Shown here: piece after piece, positions 51,470 to 64,000 of the stretch
How the letters are laid out: each line of letters starts with the position of its first letter
Numbering within the stretch: the stretch's first letter is position 1
Assembly: GCF_963921235.1 (NCBI RefSeq)
Contig: NC_086108.1
Location: 56,422,001 to 56,486,000, forward strand
DNA from: Mobula hypostoma
Taxonomy: Eukaryota
Reading direction: 5' to 3'
Length of the DNA: 64,000 bases
Made by a program: the position numbers and the translations under genes
The notes under the pieces: generated by a model
Seen by the model: only the letters and a program-made list of their open reading frames with translations
Database searches by the model: none
What the model was told of the DNA's origin: nothing

Positions 51470-53010
51470 TTAGTGTGTGTGGCCCTCCATTGGTTGAGGT
51501 TGACCAAGATTTTGCATCTTAGCTATGTGCGTCATTGGTGCAGCACCATCTGTGGCTGGTGAGACCACTGCAAGCATGGCAGTCTTGCAGAGATCACATC
51601 TATAGGTGGTCTGAGCTCTTTTGGAGATGTAATGTTCCTTTCTATGAGCCCATTTATCATCTGACACTTTTAGGAATTTTTCCTCACCTGACTTAAGGTG
51701 ATGTTTCAGGTTGCTTCTCCTGGTGCAGTCCGCTACAAGTTCTTCCCAGGACTCAATGTTGATGTCCAGTGTCTTTATGTCCTGCTTGCAGACATCACTG
51801 TAGCACCGTTGTGGCAGCCAACGATTCTCTTGCCTGAAGCTTACCATAGATATCTCTTGGGATGCGACAGACGTGGCCCAGCCAGCGCAGCCAAGGCTGC
51901 CTGAGCAGGGTGTACATACTAGGGAGGCCGGCATGAGAGAACCTTAGTATTGGGTACTCTGTCTCGCCAGGAGATGCAGAAGATGGGACAAAGGCATCTT
52001 AAATGGAAGGTTTGAGCCTTCTCTCTTGCTTAGTGTAATTTGTCCAGGTCTCAGTACTGCACAGCAGTTTGCTGATGATAGAAGTATTGTACATTTGTTT
52101 TTGAGGTCTTCTTCACAAAGGTAGCTAAGGCTGTGCTGTAAGTGGTGTTCCGCAGAAGTTTGTGTGAAAAGCATGCTGCCGAGGAGGGAGTACCTGACAT
52201 GATCAAGTCCAGCTAGTACTAGTGTCTGGAGTGAGAGTGTCTCCAGGAAGCCTTGTGTTGAAACTTAGTCTGGAAGTGAGTTGGTGATTCATAGATTATG
52301 ATAGTTGCAGAATTCCAGCAATTGCTGTTCTCTCCGGTTCATCTTGCCTATAACAAAGTGATCTAAGCATAGACCAGAGGGCCATAAGTCATGATCTTCA
52401 CCAGCTCTGGCATTGAAGTCACCCAGGAGAACAAGATATTTCTTGCTGGTGGCTGTAATGTTCTTATAAAACTCATCCTTTGTCTCGGATGTGGAGCACA
52501 GTATGGGAGCATACACACTGACAAGATTAACTGGACCTCCGCTGGTGTTGAGAAGTGTAAAAAGTCACTCAGATCCATCGTTGCCTGGTTCCACCCTCTT
52601 CAATCATGTGCTCCTCACTGCAAAGCCTGTTCCTTGCTCTCTGGGCTTGTCAGGGCCCTTCCTTTACTAGAAAAAGCTGTAGTCTTTTTTCCTTAGTGTG
52701 CCCGAGTCAGCTAAATGCATGGCTATGTCCATGTGAAGTCTTTTGAGTACTTCATTTATTACAACTGTCTTCCTGACATCACTGATGTCTTGGAAGTTAT
52801 CAGGGAGGTTGTCTGAACATTCCAATATCCCAGTTTTAGAACTGGTCTTTTTCATTATACTGTTGCCTGGTACAGTGTTTTCAGTCTGCAGATTGGTTAA
52901 CACCTACTCCCCATGCACCCATTGAGGAAAGTTAGACATTGGTGGGACAGCACCTTTTTGACTTGGGGCTGTCCAGCTTATGCTGGGTGGTAGCTGTCCA
53001 GTGAGATCCA
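51470..53010 (-). mobile_element. RTE LINE with endonuclease and C-terminus but lacking the RT core
   Basis: ADSGTLRKKDYSFF, YAP.L, LLGDFNAR (APE), then a jump near 52150 to the post-RT region (DIKTLDINIESWEELVAD...YRCDLC). Confidence 0.85.
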
Positions 53011-53215
53011 AGAATCTCCTAGATGAGCTGCCACCCATGGCTGATAAGCCCCATCTGCCCAAAGCAACTTGTTTTAAGGTGCCATTAACCCATGTATGCC
53101 CCTTCTCTAAGTAGAAACAGTTCCCTGGGCTTAATAGCTAAGCCACATGTGAAGGCCAGGAGCTGGACTTGGTTGTCAGAGGCTATCTGAAACACACATG
53201 CCATTAGGAGCATTT
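53010..53215 (-). mobile_element. Probable RTE-family 5' UTR fragment
   Basis: GC-richer segment abutting the RTE and resembling RTE 5' leaders (from memory). Confidence 0.45.
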
Positions 53216-53377
53216 AGTCTTAATTGTTAATCATTGGAATAGCCCAACAGCATATTATTTGGGATGAAACTTGATTGGCTGGGCAAGTTACAATTAACTT
53301 CTTTAAAATTGGGGTGATGTTTGTACTTAATTTTTTGCATTGTTTAAAGTGCTTTGTTACTAATCTGTTTCTATTAA

Positions 53378-53515
<138 letters not shown>

Positions 53516-54374
53516 TAAGTATTTTTGAAATATTGATTCCATGGTATACAAGTCCAGTTTATTTTCTAATATTGCATTAGAAAATGTTTTGGTTGTTTTT
53601 CACATCCCATTACTGTTCTGTTCCACAATATTAAAAGCCTTTAACTGTTTTTTGCATGTATACATTAAGGAACCCACTTGTAGCTAATTTAACCAAAGCG
53701 ATGTTTTGTTCCCGATTTCCCTGTAAAATTGTCAACTTTTGCATCGCCATATCAAAGTGGAACCGTGACATTTTGAGTATATCTAGTTGCATGTATGAAC
53801 ACAATTAACTTCATCCAAAGATATGCTAATACTTTTTAAAATGGACCTAATCTTCTGAGAGAAGCCTCCCACATTATTATCTAACACATATTATTATCTT
53901 CCCCTCTGCCTCTGGGAGTTGGTTTATTTGGCTGAATTTCAGTGGCTGTATTTGAATTTGGATGCAGCTGTTTGTCTCTCTTATTTGGGTAATCTGCTAG
54001 TAAAGGAGTGATACTGAAACCAGACCCTTTCTAACAGTGACAATGGGTTAAGGAGTAGAAAAAACTTAATTTTATAGAAGAAAATAAAGGAGAATAAGCC
54101 TATTTATATCAGCAAGTGACCGGGAGCAGAAATTTTAATCTATCGCTGCTTTGGGGTGTATTTTTGATGTTTTTTTAGTATGATAGTTCCTCAATGTCTG
54201 CTTGTAGAATGTGTTCTGATTATATTAAACTACTGCTAGCAATTTAAGTGTAAGCACTTCTTTTAACTTTAAACTGAACATTTTTAAACACTGTCAAAAA
54301 ATTGGTACTTTGAGTTTGATCATGTATTCACGGTAAGATATTCAAGAATATCAAAAATAATTGTGCTAAGTTCT

Positions 54375-54459
54375 CACGAGGAAATCTGCAGATGCTGGAA
54401 ATTCAACACACACAAAATGCTACCTGGCCTGCTGCGTTCCACCAGCATTTTGTCTGTGG
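54375..54459 (+). mobile_element. 85-bp Penelope-derived mini-insertion without hammerhead
   Basis: cacgaggaaatctgcagatgctggaaattc start; inverted cacacaaaatgct/agcattttgtctgtg; 8-bp TSD taagttct. Confidence 0.8.
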
Positions 54460-54555
54460 TAAGTTCTGTTCGGTAGAGGGGAAGAGAAACTAAATGTCTT
54501 TGTGTACTGAACCCAGTTTGCGGTTGAAATGAGTGGCCAGGCACTTGTGTAATAG

Positions 54556-54855
<300 letters not shown>

Positions 54856-57309
54856 TAATTCATATACAGTATATTTTCAGCAGGAATGCCATATAGAAGT
54901 GAATGCCTAATGTTTTTGATTGAACTTGCATCTTAATTTGGTTTAGTTTGTCTCAAGCTGCATTGATCACATCTGGCTTCCTTTTGTGTCTGTTTTCAAA
55001 TGCAACATTTACAATTATCTTTGGAGTTATTGGCCTTAACTATTTAATTCGTAACTAATTCAGAACGGTTGCCAGCATTTTTTTTTGAGCCTGATGTTTT
55101 GTTTTAATCTGAAATTCCATTTACTAACTTGGTTCTAAACACAATCGCTACAAGATATAAAGATTTGACTGTACCAATACTTTCTACTACGACTTAAGAG
55201 TGGATATAGTTTCCACCTCTTAAAATTACAAGATTGGTTAAGGAGCAATATTGGTGTTATAACAAGTTACCAAAAGTCCGATGTTCATATGTGAAAAGTG
55301 AACAACATGATTATGTAGAACACTGCTTTTTTACTGGTTGCTATCATAATATGAAAATTCAGCTCACCAAGTTTGTTCTGATGTTTTTGTCTTTGAGCTC
55401 GATCGATCCCATTATCCTGCATGCTTTCCATAGCCTTTCAAGCAACTAGAATTATTATATAGTATGTAGTTTTACTTGTGCATATCTTTTTGATTTGTGG
55501 TCTCATGTTGTTATCTTGCCAATTGGTAATGAGCAATCATTATTATTGATCTGGCAAACATCAAATTGCTTAGTATCACTTCATACCTGTGGAATGGGGA
55601 TGCTGAAGCTACTTTGATCATGTTTTGGCTCTCATGCAAAGTTTATTCTTTGTTTTGTTGACTTTTAGTTGTCGTCTTTACTAATTTGGACCAAGAGGCT
55701 TATCACTGTATCCCTGAAGTTTGTCAGCACAGGTGGGAAGTGCAAGGTTTAGGAGTGAGCACTGGGAGTGTGGTCCTGTGTTTGACAGCACATCTTGGGG
55801 GATTTAAACAAGTTGTAAATGTTGCTTTGTTTGATATTGACTGGATTTTTTTGATACTGTAACACATGCACCCACTTATATTCCCTTCCTGTTTCAAAAA
55901 CTGTAAGATTATAGTCAACTAAATATTTCAAGCTGACTTGTATGTAGTAACATTCTTTGGTTCATGTTTGGCAAATTCAAATCAAGATTAGAGGCTTTCT
56001 CTGCTGAATAATTCCTATTAATTGGATACACATGACCTGTCAATAATGCCAAAACCACTGTTTAAATTTATTGGAGATGTACTTGAAGTTAGATCTATGG
56101 GAAAAAGACAGCAGAATGAGATTTGCTGGATTTTACTTGCACAGAGTTGGCAAGGACTCAATGGGCAAATGTTCTTGTTTTGTGCTGTGCTAGATATCAT
56201 TCTGTTTTGCAACAAAGCATAGATGTAATTGTAAGGTAGTTAGAACTTGTTTGCCTTAATATCCAACATAATCTTGTAGGATTTTTTTTACTATTTCTTT
56301 GCTAGAATATCTTAATTCAATTGGAGAGTACTTCTAGGCCTTTTCAGCAAACTGACCCAGCCTCAAACTGCTTAAATATAGATTGTTATTCTGTATAATT
56401 GTACAAAAAAAGTAGGTGAAAAGATGGCTTGCTGAGTGAATGTGTTTGCCTAAAAGTATTGCTGCCTTCTATATCAAAAGTTCTTCTGGGTCTCTGAGTT
56501 AAGATTGCAGTTTATTTTGGATATAAATTCTGAGGCTTTGTTTTATCAGGAAAGTAATCTAAAACATTAAACCTCAGGACATGAAATTTGAACTTCAGGA
56601 CATAATTTTGAATGGAAACACATGTTCTCAAACTAGGAAAATACTGATTTTATTTCCAAGCTTTAAGTCAGATGGGTAAGTGCAGAAATTAGAAGGCTAA
56701 ATTGCATCTGTTTTGATACAGGGAGTCTTAACTAGTATGGTAGTTGAACTCAAAAGTTTTAATTAACTTGTAGTAATAATGCCATGGTTAAGTGGCAGAC
56801 AGGACTAGTAACTCAGTATCCCTAGGTACATAATTTCAGGCAGTTGAGGAAGAGGAGGAGGCATTGCACCGTTAGTCAAAATATGGAACATTACAGACCC
56901 TTTAGCCCACCATGTGCTGACCTTTTAACCTTCTGTAAGATCATTCTAAGAGTCCCTTAAATGTCCCTAATGTCTTCCCCTGGCAACATGTTCTATGTAC
57001 ATACCACTCTTGTTTTTAACAAAAAAACAACTTTGACATCTCCCTTCTCCCTTTCCCCCCTCCCCCCACCACCACCGTACCTTCCTCCAGTCACTTTAAA
57101 ATTATGCCACCTTGTGTTAGCTATTTCCACACTGGGAAAAAATCTCGGGCTCTCTCACTATCTTATCATGTACATCTCTATAAGTCACCTCTCATCCCCC
57201 TTGGCTCCAAAGAGACTAGCCCTAGCTTACCCAGCCTATCCTCATAAGACATGTTCTCTAATCCAGAAAGCATTTTAGTAAGTCTCCTCTACAACACACA
57301 CAAAATGCC

Positions 57310-58205
57310 ACCGAGTGCGTGTTTGTGGCCTTCTGCTGTAGCCATTGCCTTCCAGGTTCAGCGTGTTGTGCATTCAGAGATGCTCGTCTGCACATTGCTG
57401 TTGTATTTATTTATGTTATTCAGAGATACAGTGCGAAATAAGCCATTCCAGCCCTTCAACACATGCCACCCCGCAATGCACAATTTAACCCTAGCCTAAT
57501 CACAGAGCAATTTACAATGACCAATTAACCTACTAACCAATACATCTTTGGACCGTGGAAGGAAACTGAAGCACCTAAAGAAAACCCTCATATTCCACAG
57601 GGAGGATGTACAAACTCCTTACAGAGAATGCCGGGATTGAACTCCAAACTCCAACACCTTGAGCTGTAATAGCATTGCGCTAACTGCTACACTAGCTTGC
57701 TGACCTTTAAGATTATTAACGCTGGCTATTTGAGTTACTTTTGACTTATTGTCAGCTTAAACCAGTCTGCCCATTCTCCTTTGATTTCTCTAATTGACAA
57801 GGCGTTTTCACCCACAGAGCTGCCGTGCACTGGACTTTTTTCTTTTGTTTTTTGCACCATTCTCTAAACACTAAAGCAGGAGTTCCCAACCCGGGGCCAC
57901 AGACTCCTTGCTTAATGCTATTGGTCCCTGTTCTAAAGACTGTTCCTAGAGGCCCTAAGGTGTGAAAGTCCAAGGAGATGAGCAGATTCTAAGATACTCA
58001 AACTACCACGTCTGGCACCAACAATCATTCCATAGTTAAAGTCACTGAGATCATCTATCTTCCCCATACTGATGTTTGGTTTGATCAACAACTGAACCCC
58101 TTGACCATGTTTGCATGCTTTTATGCATTGAGTTGCTGCCCTGTGATTGGCTATTCAGATATTTGCATAAATGAGCAGGTGTATTAATAAAGTGGCCATT
58201 GAATA
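57310..58205 (-). mobile_element. Tc1-like element remnant with nested V-SINE (about 57405-57700) and tiny hAT-like piece (57877-57930)
   Basis: End aataaagtggcca.tga resembles a Tc1 TIR; decayed transposase N-terminal region on the minus strand; SINE V domain on the minus strand. Confidence 0.7.
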
Positions 58206-58522
58206 TATGATAGCATTCACATGTCTACCTATTGTAAGTGTGTTACCTTCACAACATAAATATAATTGTGGATTGTTGCCATGTACTTGCGAGTATAAAA
58301 CTGATTATGTGACCAATAATTGCCTGTTTAATTATAAATTGCAATTAGTGCAAAAAAAAAGATTTTTGTACATTTCTTTTTCCATAAAGTTAAATAAATA
58401 AAATCTTGTTAACTTATGATTTAGGGAAAACAGAGAAGAAGGGGCAAAGCAACACTATCAGTTTAAAGTACACTTTTACCTATTAAGTACTGTATTTGTA
58501 ATGAAGCTGATAATTATACATA

Positions 58523-59455
58523 GCAACACACAAACTGCTGGAGGAACTCAGGAGGCCAGGTGGCATCTATGGAAATGAATAAGCATTCGAAATTTCAAAC
58601 TGAAACCAAAATTATACGTTTGGTGGTAGGATCCCATTGAAGATGGCGGAGGTTCCGGAGAATGATGTGTTGGAGCAATCTTTACCTCATCCCTCCCCAC
58701 CTATCTCCCTCCTGGCACATATTCCCGCAAACAACAGAAATGCTACACTTGCCCATTCACCTCTTCCTTCCATTCAGAGCCTCATGTAACACTTCACCTA
58801 TGAATCTGTTGGGGTTATCTCTTGTTTCCTGTGCTCCTGATTCAGCTTCCTCTGTATTGGTGGGACCTGACGTAAATTGAGGTACTGCTTTGTCAAGCAC
58901 CGCTACTTCGTCTGCCAAAAGTGGAATTTCCCAGTGACCAACCATCTTAATTCCTATTGCCATTCCCATTCCGACATGTTGGTTCACAGCCTCCTTTTGC
59001 CACGATGAGGCTACTCTCAAGGTGGAGGAGCAACACCTCATATTCCATCTAAGTAGCTTCCAACATAATGTCATGAACATTGATTTCTCCTGGTAATTTT
59101 TTCCTCCCCCTTTCCTATTCCCACTCTGTCCTCTTACCTCTTCCCACCTGTCTATCACCTCCCTCTGGTGCCCCTCGTTCTTACATGGTCCACTCTCTAT
59201 CAGATTTCTTCTTCTCCAGTCCTTTACCTTTCCCACCCTCCTGACTTTACTTATCACCTTCTAGTTAATCCTCCTTCCCCTCCACCCACCTTTTTATTCT
59301 GGCATCTTCCCTCTTCCTTTTCAGTCCTGAAGAAGGGTCTTGGCCCAAACCGTCAACTTTTTATTCATTTCCATAGATGTTGCCTGACCTCCTGAGTTCT
59401 TCCAGCATTTTGTATGTGTTGTTCTGGATTTTCAGCATCTGCAGAACCTTGTGTT
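58523..59455 (+). mobile_element. Penelope-like element with short inverted 5' arm
   Basis: Inverted arm 58523-58596 versus 59360-59425; GIY-YIG remnant; mutated hammerhead at 59327-59354. Confidence 0.8.
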
Positions 59456-59899
59456 TATGACTCACTTCCTGCAGTCAAACTTCAAGGTTCAAAAGTTCAA
59501 ATAAAAGTTATTATCAGAGTGCATACATGTCACCACATAAAACCCTGAGAATCTTTTTCTGTGGGTATACTTGGAACAATAACTGTAAATATCAGGAACT
59601 ATAAACAAACTGCAAGTGCAGTTATAAATAGCAATAAATAATGAGCATGGAATAATAATATAACAGAGTACTTAAATGAGTGTAGCTATCCCCTTTTGTT
59701 CAAATACCTGTGGGTGGAGGGGGAATAACTGTTCTTGAACCTGGTGGTGTGAGTCCTGTGGCACCTGTACCTTCTACTTGATAGCAGCAGTGAGAAAAGA
59801 GCCTGGCCTGGGTGGTGAAGATTTTTGATGATGGATGCTGCTTGAAGAACTTTGATGAAATCTCTTCATTTATCTAAACTTTAAAAATCCACTCGTGTC

Positions 59900-61600
59900 T
59901 ACATAGTCTCTCCTCAAATAGCAGAAATATGGTATTTCCTCCCATGAGCTAAATCATTGGCATTTTAGTGTAATACTTAATCCGTGACTCTGGTAATATA
60001 TCAACAAATTTTGTGTGTCTTCTTCCCTGAAGCTAGACTCAAAGTAACAGTTCAAATCCTATTATTTCCTCTTGAAAATTCTGCTGTCTCTGTAAGGTCT
60101 TATAATTGCCCTCAAAAGACTTTCACTTTTTATGTTTCTGCAAAAAGGGCTTGTGTGTTTCTCACACTTCTTGTGTTTCTCCCCAGACTAACTCATATTC
60201 TATCTTGCCTTTCTTTTCAGTTTGTTGGTGGTTCCCTGCTGACTTCTAAAACACACCCAATTTTCCTGTTATTCCTACCAGTTTTATAATCCCTTTGGAT
60301 TTAATATTACCTTTGATTTTGTTGGTCATCTGTTTTTGAATCACTTTTCCTTTTGAGTTCTTGTGTCTTAAAATCTCTTTTTGCAACTTGTACATTCTTA
60401 ATTTAAATGTTAACTATTGCTTATACACCATTGTGCCTTTCAACAATTTCATTTCTTGATAGAGTCCTTTGAATAGATTCTTTTCAAACTCAGTATAAAA
60501 TTCTAACATGTATGCTCCTCTAAGAATGCTTGACAATGAAGTTATTGATTATTAATGTTCCCAATGCAGTAAATGAGATTTGTGACAGTCTTCTGGATTC
60601 TTCAATATTTTAATCAAGCTGAACATCTTGAATTCATTCCAGGCATTTATCCTCCACCTTATTACAGCAAATCTGATTTTCCAATTTATATATAGGTTAA
60701 GTTTCCTATGATTACTGTATTACCCTTGCAGTTTAATTTCCTGATTTATGACATGCAAACTATACAACACTTTAGTCACCCATGAATAATACCTACTAAT
60801 GTTAGTGCCCTTTGCTAGTTCTTCATTTGACACAAATTGATTGTAATTGGACATCTCTGTTCTTTGCCTCTCTTTCCTAAATGTTATCTACCCCTGGAAT
60901 GTTTGGTTTCCAAGTTGTTCATCCTACAGCCAGGCATTATTTCTGTAATGCCATGAGATCGCTGTAGTTTATTTCTGTTTGTGCCATTACTTATTGAGAA
61001 TGCTGTACGCATTCTAATACAGAGGTTTTACTTTTTTAAAATCATTTTCAATGTTATTTTGTATTTGAATCCTCTTAGCCTTTATTTCGCTTTCTGCATT
61101 TTCAACTTACCATTAGTTATGCCTTTAGTTAAGACCCTCTCAAATAATATTAACCTTTACTCAATTCCATCCTCTTCTCTTCCCCCCCCCCCCATCAATC
61201 CCCTGCAAAGATATTGATCCCAGCTTTGCTGAGGTGCAATCTGACAGATTTGTATAGATCCAACCTGCACCAGGAACTATTCCAATTCTCAAGAAATCTA
61301 AAGAACTCCTTTTAGCACCATCTCTCCAGCCACACATTCATTTCCTTTACCTTCCTATTTCTGTACTTATTGACGTGTTGCATAGCGAAAAATTTTAAGA
61401 TCACTACCTTTTTGGGGTCCTGTTTGTTAACTTTCCTAGTTCTATAAACTCTACTTGCAGGACTTTATCTTTATTTCTGCCTTCAACTTTGGTACCAATA
61501 TGGATCACAACCTTTGGCTTTTTGCTGTCCTGTTTCAGGATGCTCTGCAGCTGTTCAGTAACTCCCTTGACCCTTGTACCAGGGAAGCAAAAACCTGGCA
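59900..61600 (-). mobile_element. Highly decayed CR1 LINE
   Basis: CFPGTRVKGVTEQLQSILK...VVIHIGT (ORF1 esterase-like); left boundary approximate. Confidence 0.65.
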
Positions 61601-62554
61601 TTGAAAAAAAAATCGTGTTTCCCTTTTCCCTTCCCTACCCAACTGCTCCTCTTCTTTCTCTGACAGGTACCATTCTGCAGGCTTCTGCTGTGATTGATGT
61701 CGCTGTGCATTTTGAGGGGAATTCCTGGTCACAGTGTGCAGTATCATCAGTTGTAGTAGAAATATAACCAAGTAGAAACTGGGAACGGCAGTGATTTGGT
61801 CGAAATATGCTATGTTCATGTTAAAAGTGGACAGACGAGGAGGGGAAATGTGCCAGGTTGGATCTCCTCAGCATCTTCAACGTAGTAAGAAATCACAAGA
61901 GACTCTACAGGAACCTTATTAACCAAGACACTCATATTAAGGTAGGTTGTAAGGAGTGTCTAAAGGATTGAGAGAGGGGCTTAGGAGTGATTTTGCATAA
62001 CCTAGGGCAACACTACCAATAATGGAGAAATTAAAATCAGACATAAACAAAAGCTCAGAATGGGGAGATTACAGAAATCACACTGTAGATTTTAGAGCTA
62101 ATGGAGATTTCAGAGTTAGATGGTGAAGGTCACAGAAGGATTGAAGCATTGCTAGACAAGATTCAAGTTAGGGTTTGCAATGTAGTTGTCAATGAATTCA
62201 AGTTACAGATGGTGGATGATATCCGCCTGCCAAAAAGTTTGGAAGAATCAGGTGTAGAGATTTGGATGAGTGTTTCAGGAGCAGTTGTGATTGATTATTT
62301 ACATCAGTATTGCATAGAACCCCCTTGATGTGAATGGTCCGGTTCAGCTTCATGCTCCTCATCACCTCCAGAACATCCAATCTTCAAGCTGGCTATGTAC
62401 CACAATTTTGTCCTGTCTAATCTTGTTTTTTTCCTGTTTTTAAAAAATACACACGGTGATAATTTAAAGTAAGAACATTTGTTTTCTATCTGTAAAGTAC
62501 CTGCAGATAATAGAATGAAAAAACAACTGAATCTTTATTTTGTCTATGATTCAG

Positions 62555-62931
62555 GAGTGAATGCTAATGGTTCAGCTGAGACGTCAGATCAGTGGCATGA
62601 TTATGGTGAAGTCAAGGAACTAAACTACAATGGGCCTGTCAATAGTTCCACAATTTCAGGACCTGCAAAAATGAGCACAAATGGCTGTGAGAAAGATGAT
62701 GGATTCTGTGATCTCAGTCTGGTAAATGCGCAGAATGAGAATGATGAGTTTGAATCAAATTGTGAAATCCCAGCCAAGAGTCTGAAAACAGAAGATGACA
62801 CTGAAATTGAGAAGAACAATGCAGATATATCAGAAGCAAGCTTGCATGTGAAATCTGATGTTTCTGAGAATTTGATTCTGTCTGATTCCAGACATCAAAT
62901 GCCTGTTGAATTGGATGCTCAACAAATCTAG
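62555..62931 (+). CDS. MIER1: MIER1 terminal coding exon 13 (beta-type C-terminus)
   Basis: ttcag acceptor; GVNANG..., NGP, TNG, NENDEF and PAK landmarks parallel the human beta C-terminus; ends at TAG 62931. Confidence 0.88.
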
Positions 62932-63037
62932 AAAAAATGTATTTACCTGCTTTTTGTCATCTTGGGGAAGAAAAAACCTGGTTTAATAATTGGGTTGGTT
63001 TGTATAAATTCAGTCATTGACATCAGTGATGTCCTTT

Positions 63038-63080
63038 TTATATATATATATATCTATATATGTTAATATATATATATATG
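63038..63080. repeat. (TA)n microsatellite in MIER1 3' UTR
   Basis: Directly visible. Confidence 0.9.
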
Positions 63081-63555
63081 TAAAAATTCTTATTATGTGG
63101 GCTCAAAATACGCTCTGTATTTTTGCCATATTTCTACATAGAATTTGGAAGGATTTTTTGAATAAATACTTGTTCCTTGCATTCATTTGTGTAAAATTTG
63201 TACAGTTGCTAAGCTTTATCGTGGAAGGGGAAAAATAATAAATATACCAAGAGTCTAATTATGTTTGATTCATTCCATTTTGGTACAACTTTTTTAAATT
63301 ATTAAAATGATGGAATGTTTAAAATATTTAAAAGGTAGTGGTTTTACACTGTCTGCAGTTGTTGTTGGGGTCATAGTTTTTACAAGTCAAATTCATTGAA
63401 GCTTTTTGTATGCTATTGTATTACTGCAGCAAAATTTTCAGCTTGAATATAAAATATTGTCCCTCAGTATTGCTGAGTCACAGTCCTGATTATATGCTGC
63501 ATTTTATTGATATTTTTGATACGACAGCTACAACATGTTGAGATGCATGTTACAA

Positions 63556-63598
63556 AATAAAATTGTGCAAAAACCCAATTGTGATATTTTTCAATAAA
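63556..63598 (+). terminator. Candidate MIER1 polyadenylation signals
   Basis: AATAAA at 63556-63561 and 63593-63598 (also 63161 and 63237) in the AT-rich 3' UTR. Confidence 0.5.
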
Positions 63599-64000
63599 AA
63601 AAATTAATCTCTAAGTTTCAGTTATCCTCTAAGACTCCTATTACTCACAAGGTTATTCTGTGCTAGTGTGTGTGTGTAATTAGGCGTGTCAAAGGTGAGG
63701 GGTGAATGCAAGAAGCTTCGAGGTAGAACCACAGCACTTTAGTCTCTTCTGAGGTATTCTGCAGGGTTGTTCCTGAAGAGCAACATTCCAAAGTGCATAA
63801 TATAATTTTTAAATCTGCATTTGACAAGTTGAAGTGCAGGAACTAGGGATAGACTTCTGGAGTTTATGGTCTAGTGTTACAGGAGGAAATGTGACAGATG
63901 CACTTCCAACACAGGTAAATGTGTGTATGTTTTGATAGAACAGAGTATAAGTTATGATGTGCTCAAACTGAGGTTATTTGTATACAAATATTTGGAAAAT

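Noticed and set aside
63600..64000. 3' end of SLC35D1, the downstream neighbour in mammals
   Set aside because: No coding similarity visible within the window.

Overview
This is vertebrate, intron-rich genomic DNA; the repeat landscape (CR1, Rex1/Babar, RTE, Penelope, V-SINEs) suggests a cartilaginous fish, probably a ray (inference). The window holds a complete 13-exon MIER1 gene on the + strand (ATG 12962 to TAG 62931; 1644 nt CDS, 547 aa; ELM2 + SANT corepressor). All introns are GT-AG and phase-consistent, and the gene starts in a CpG-rich promoter with CRE, CCAAT, GC-box and YY1 motifs. Divergent from that promoter I can assemble a phase-consistent chain of six minus-strand exons with two in-frame stops, possibly an unidentified decaying gene at the position where DNAI4/WDR78 sits in mammals. 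Most of the remaining recognisable sequence is transposon-derived: Gypsy and BEL/Pao relics, CR1, Rex1/Babar and RTE LINEs, hAT, Tigger, Mariner and Tc1 elements, and SINEs. Highlights are Penelope-derived insertions carrying hammerhead ribozyme motifs (one canonical-looking copy near the promoter), a ~400-bp inverted-repeat Penelope insertion, a tRNA+BovB-type SINE, an RT-deleted RTE and an RPS10 fragment. I see no clearly novel multi-gene system. Identifications rest on remembered motifs, not database searches.
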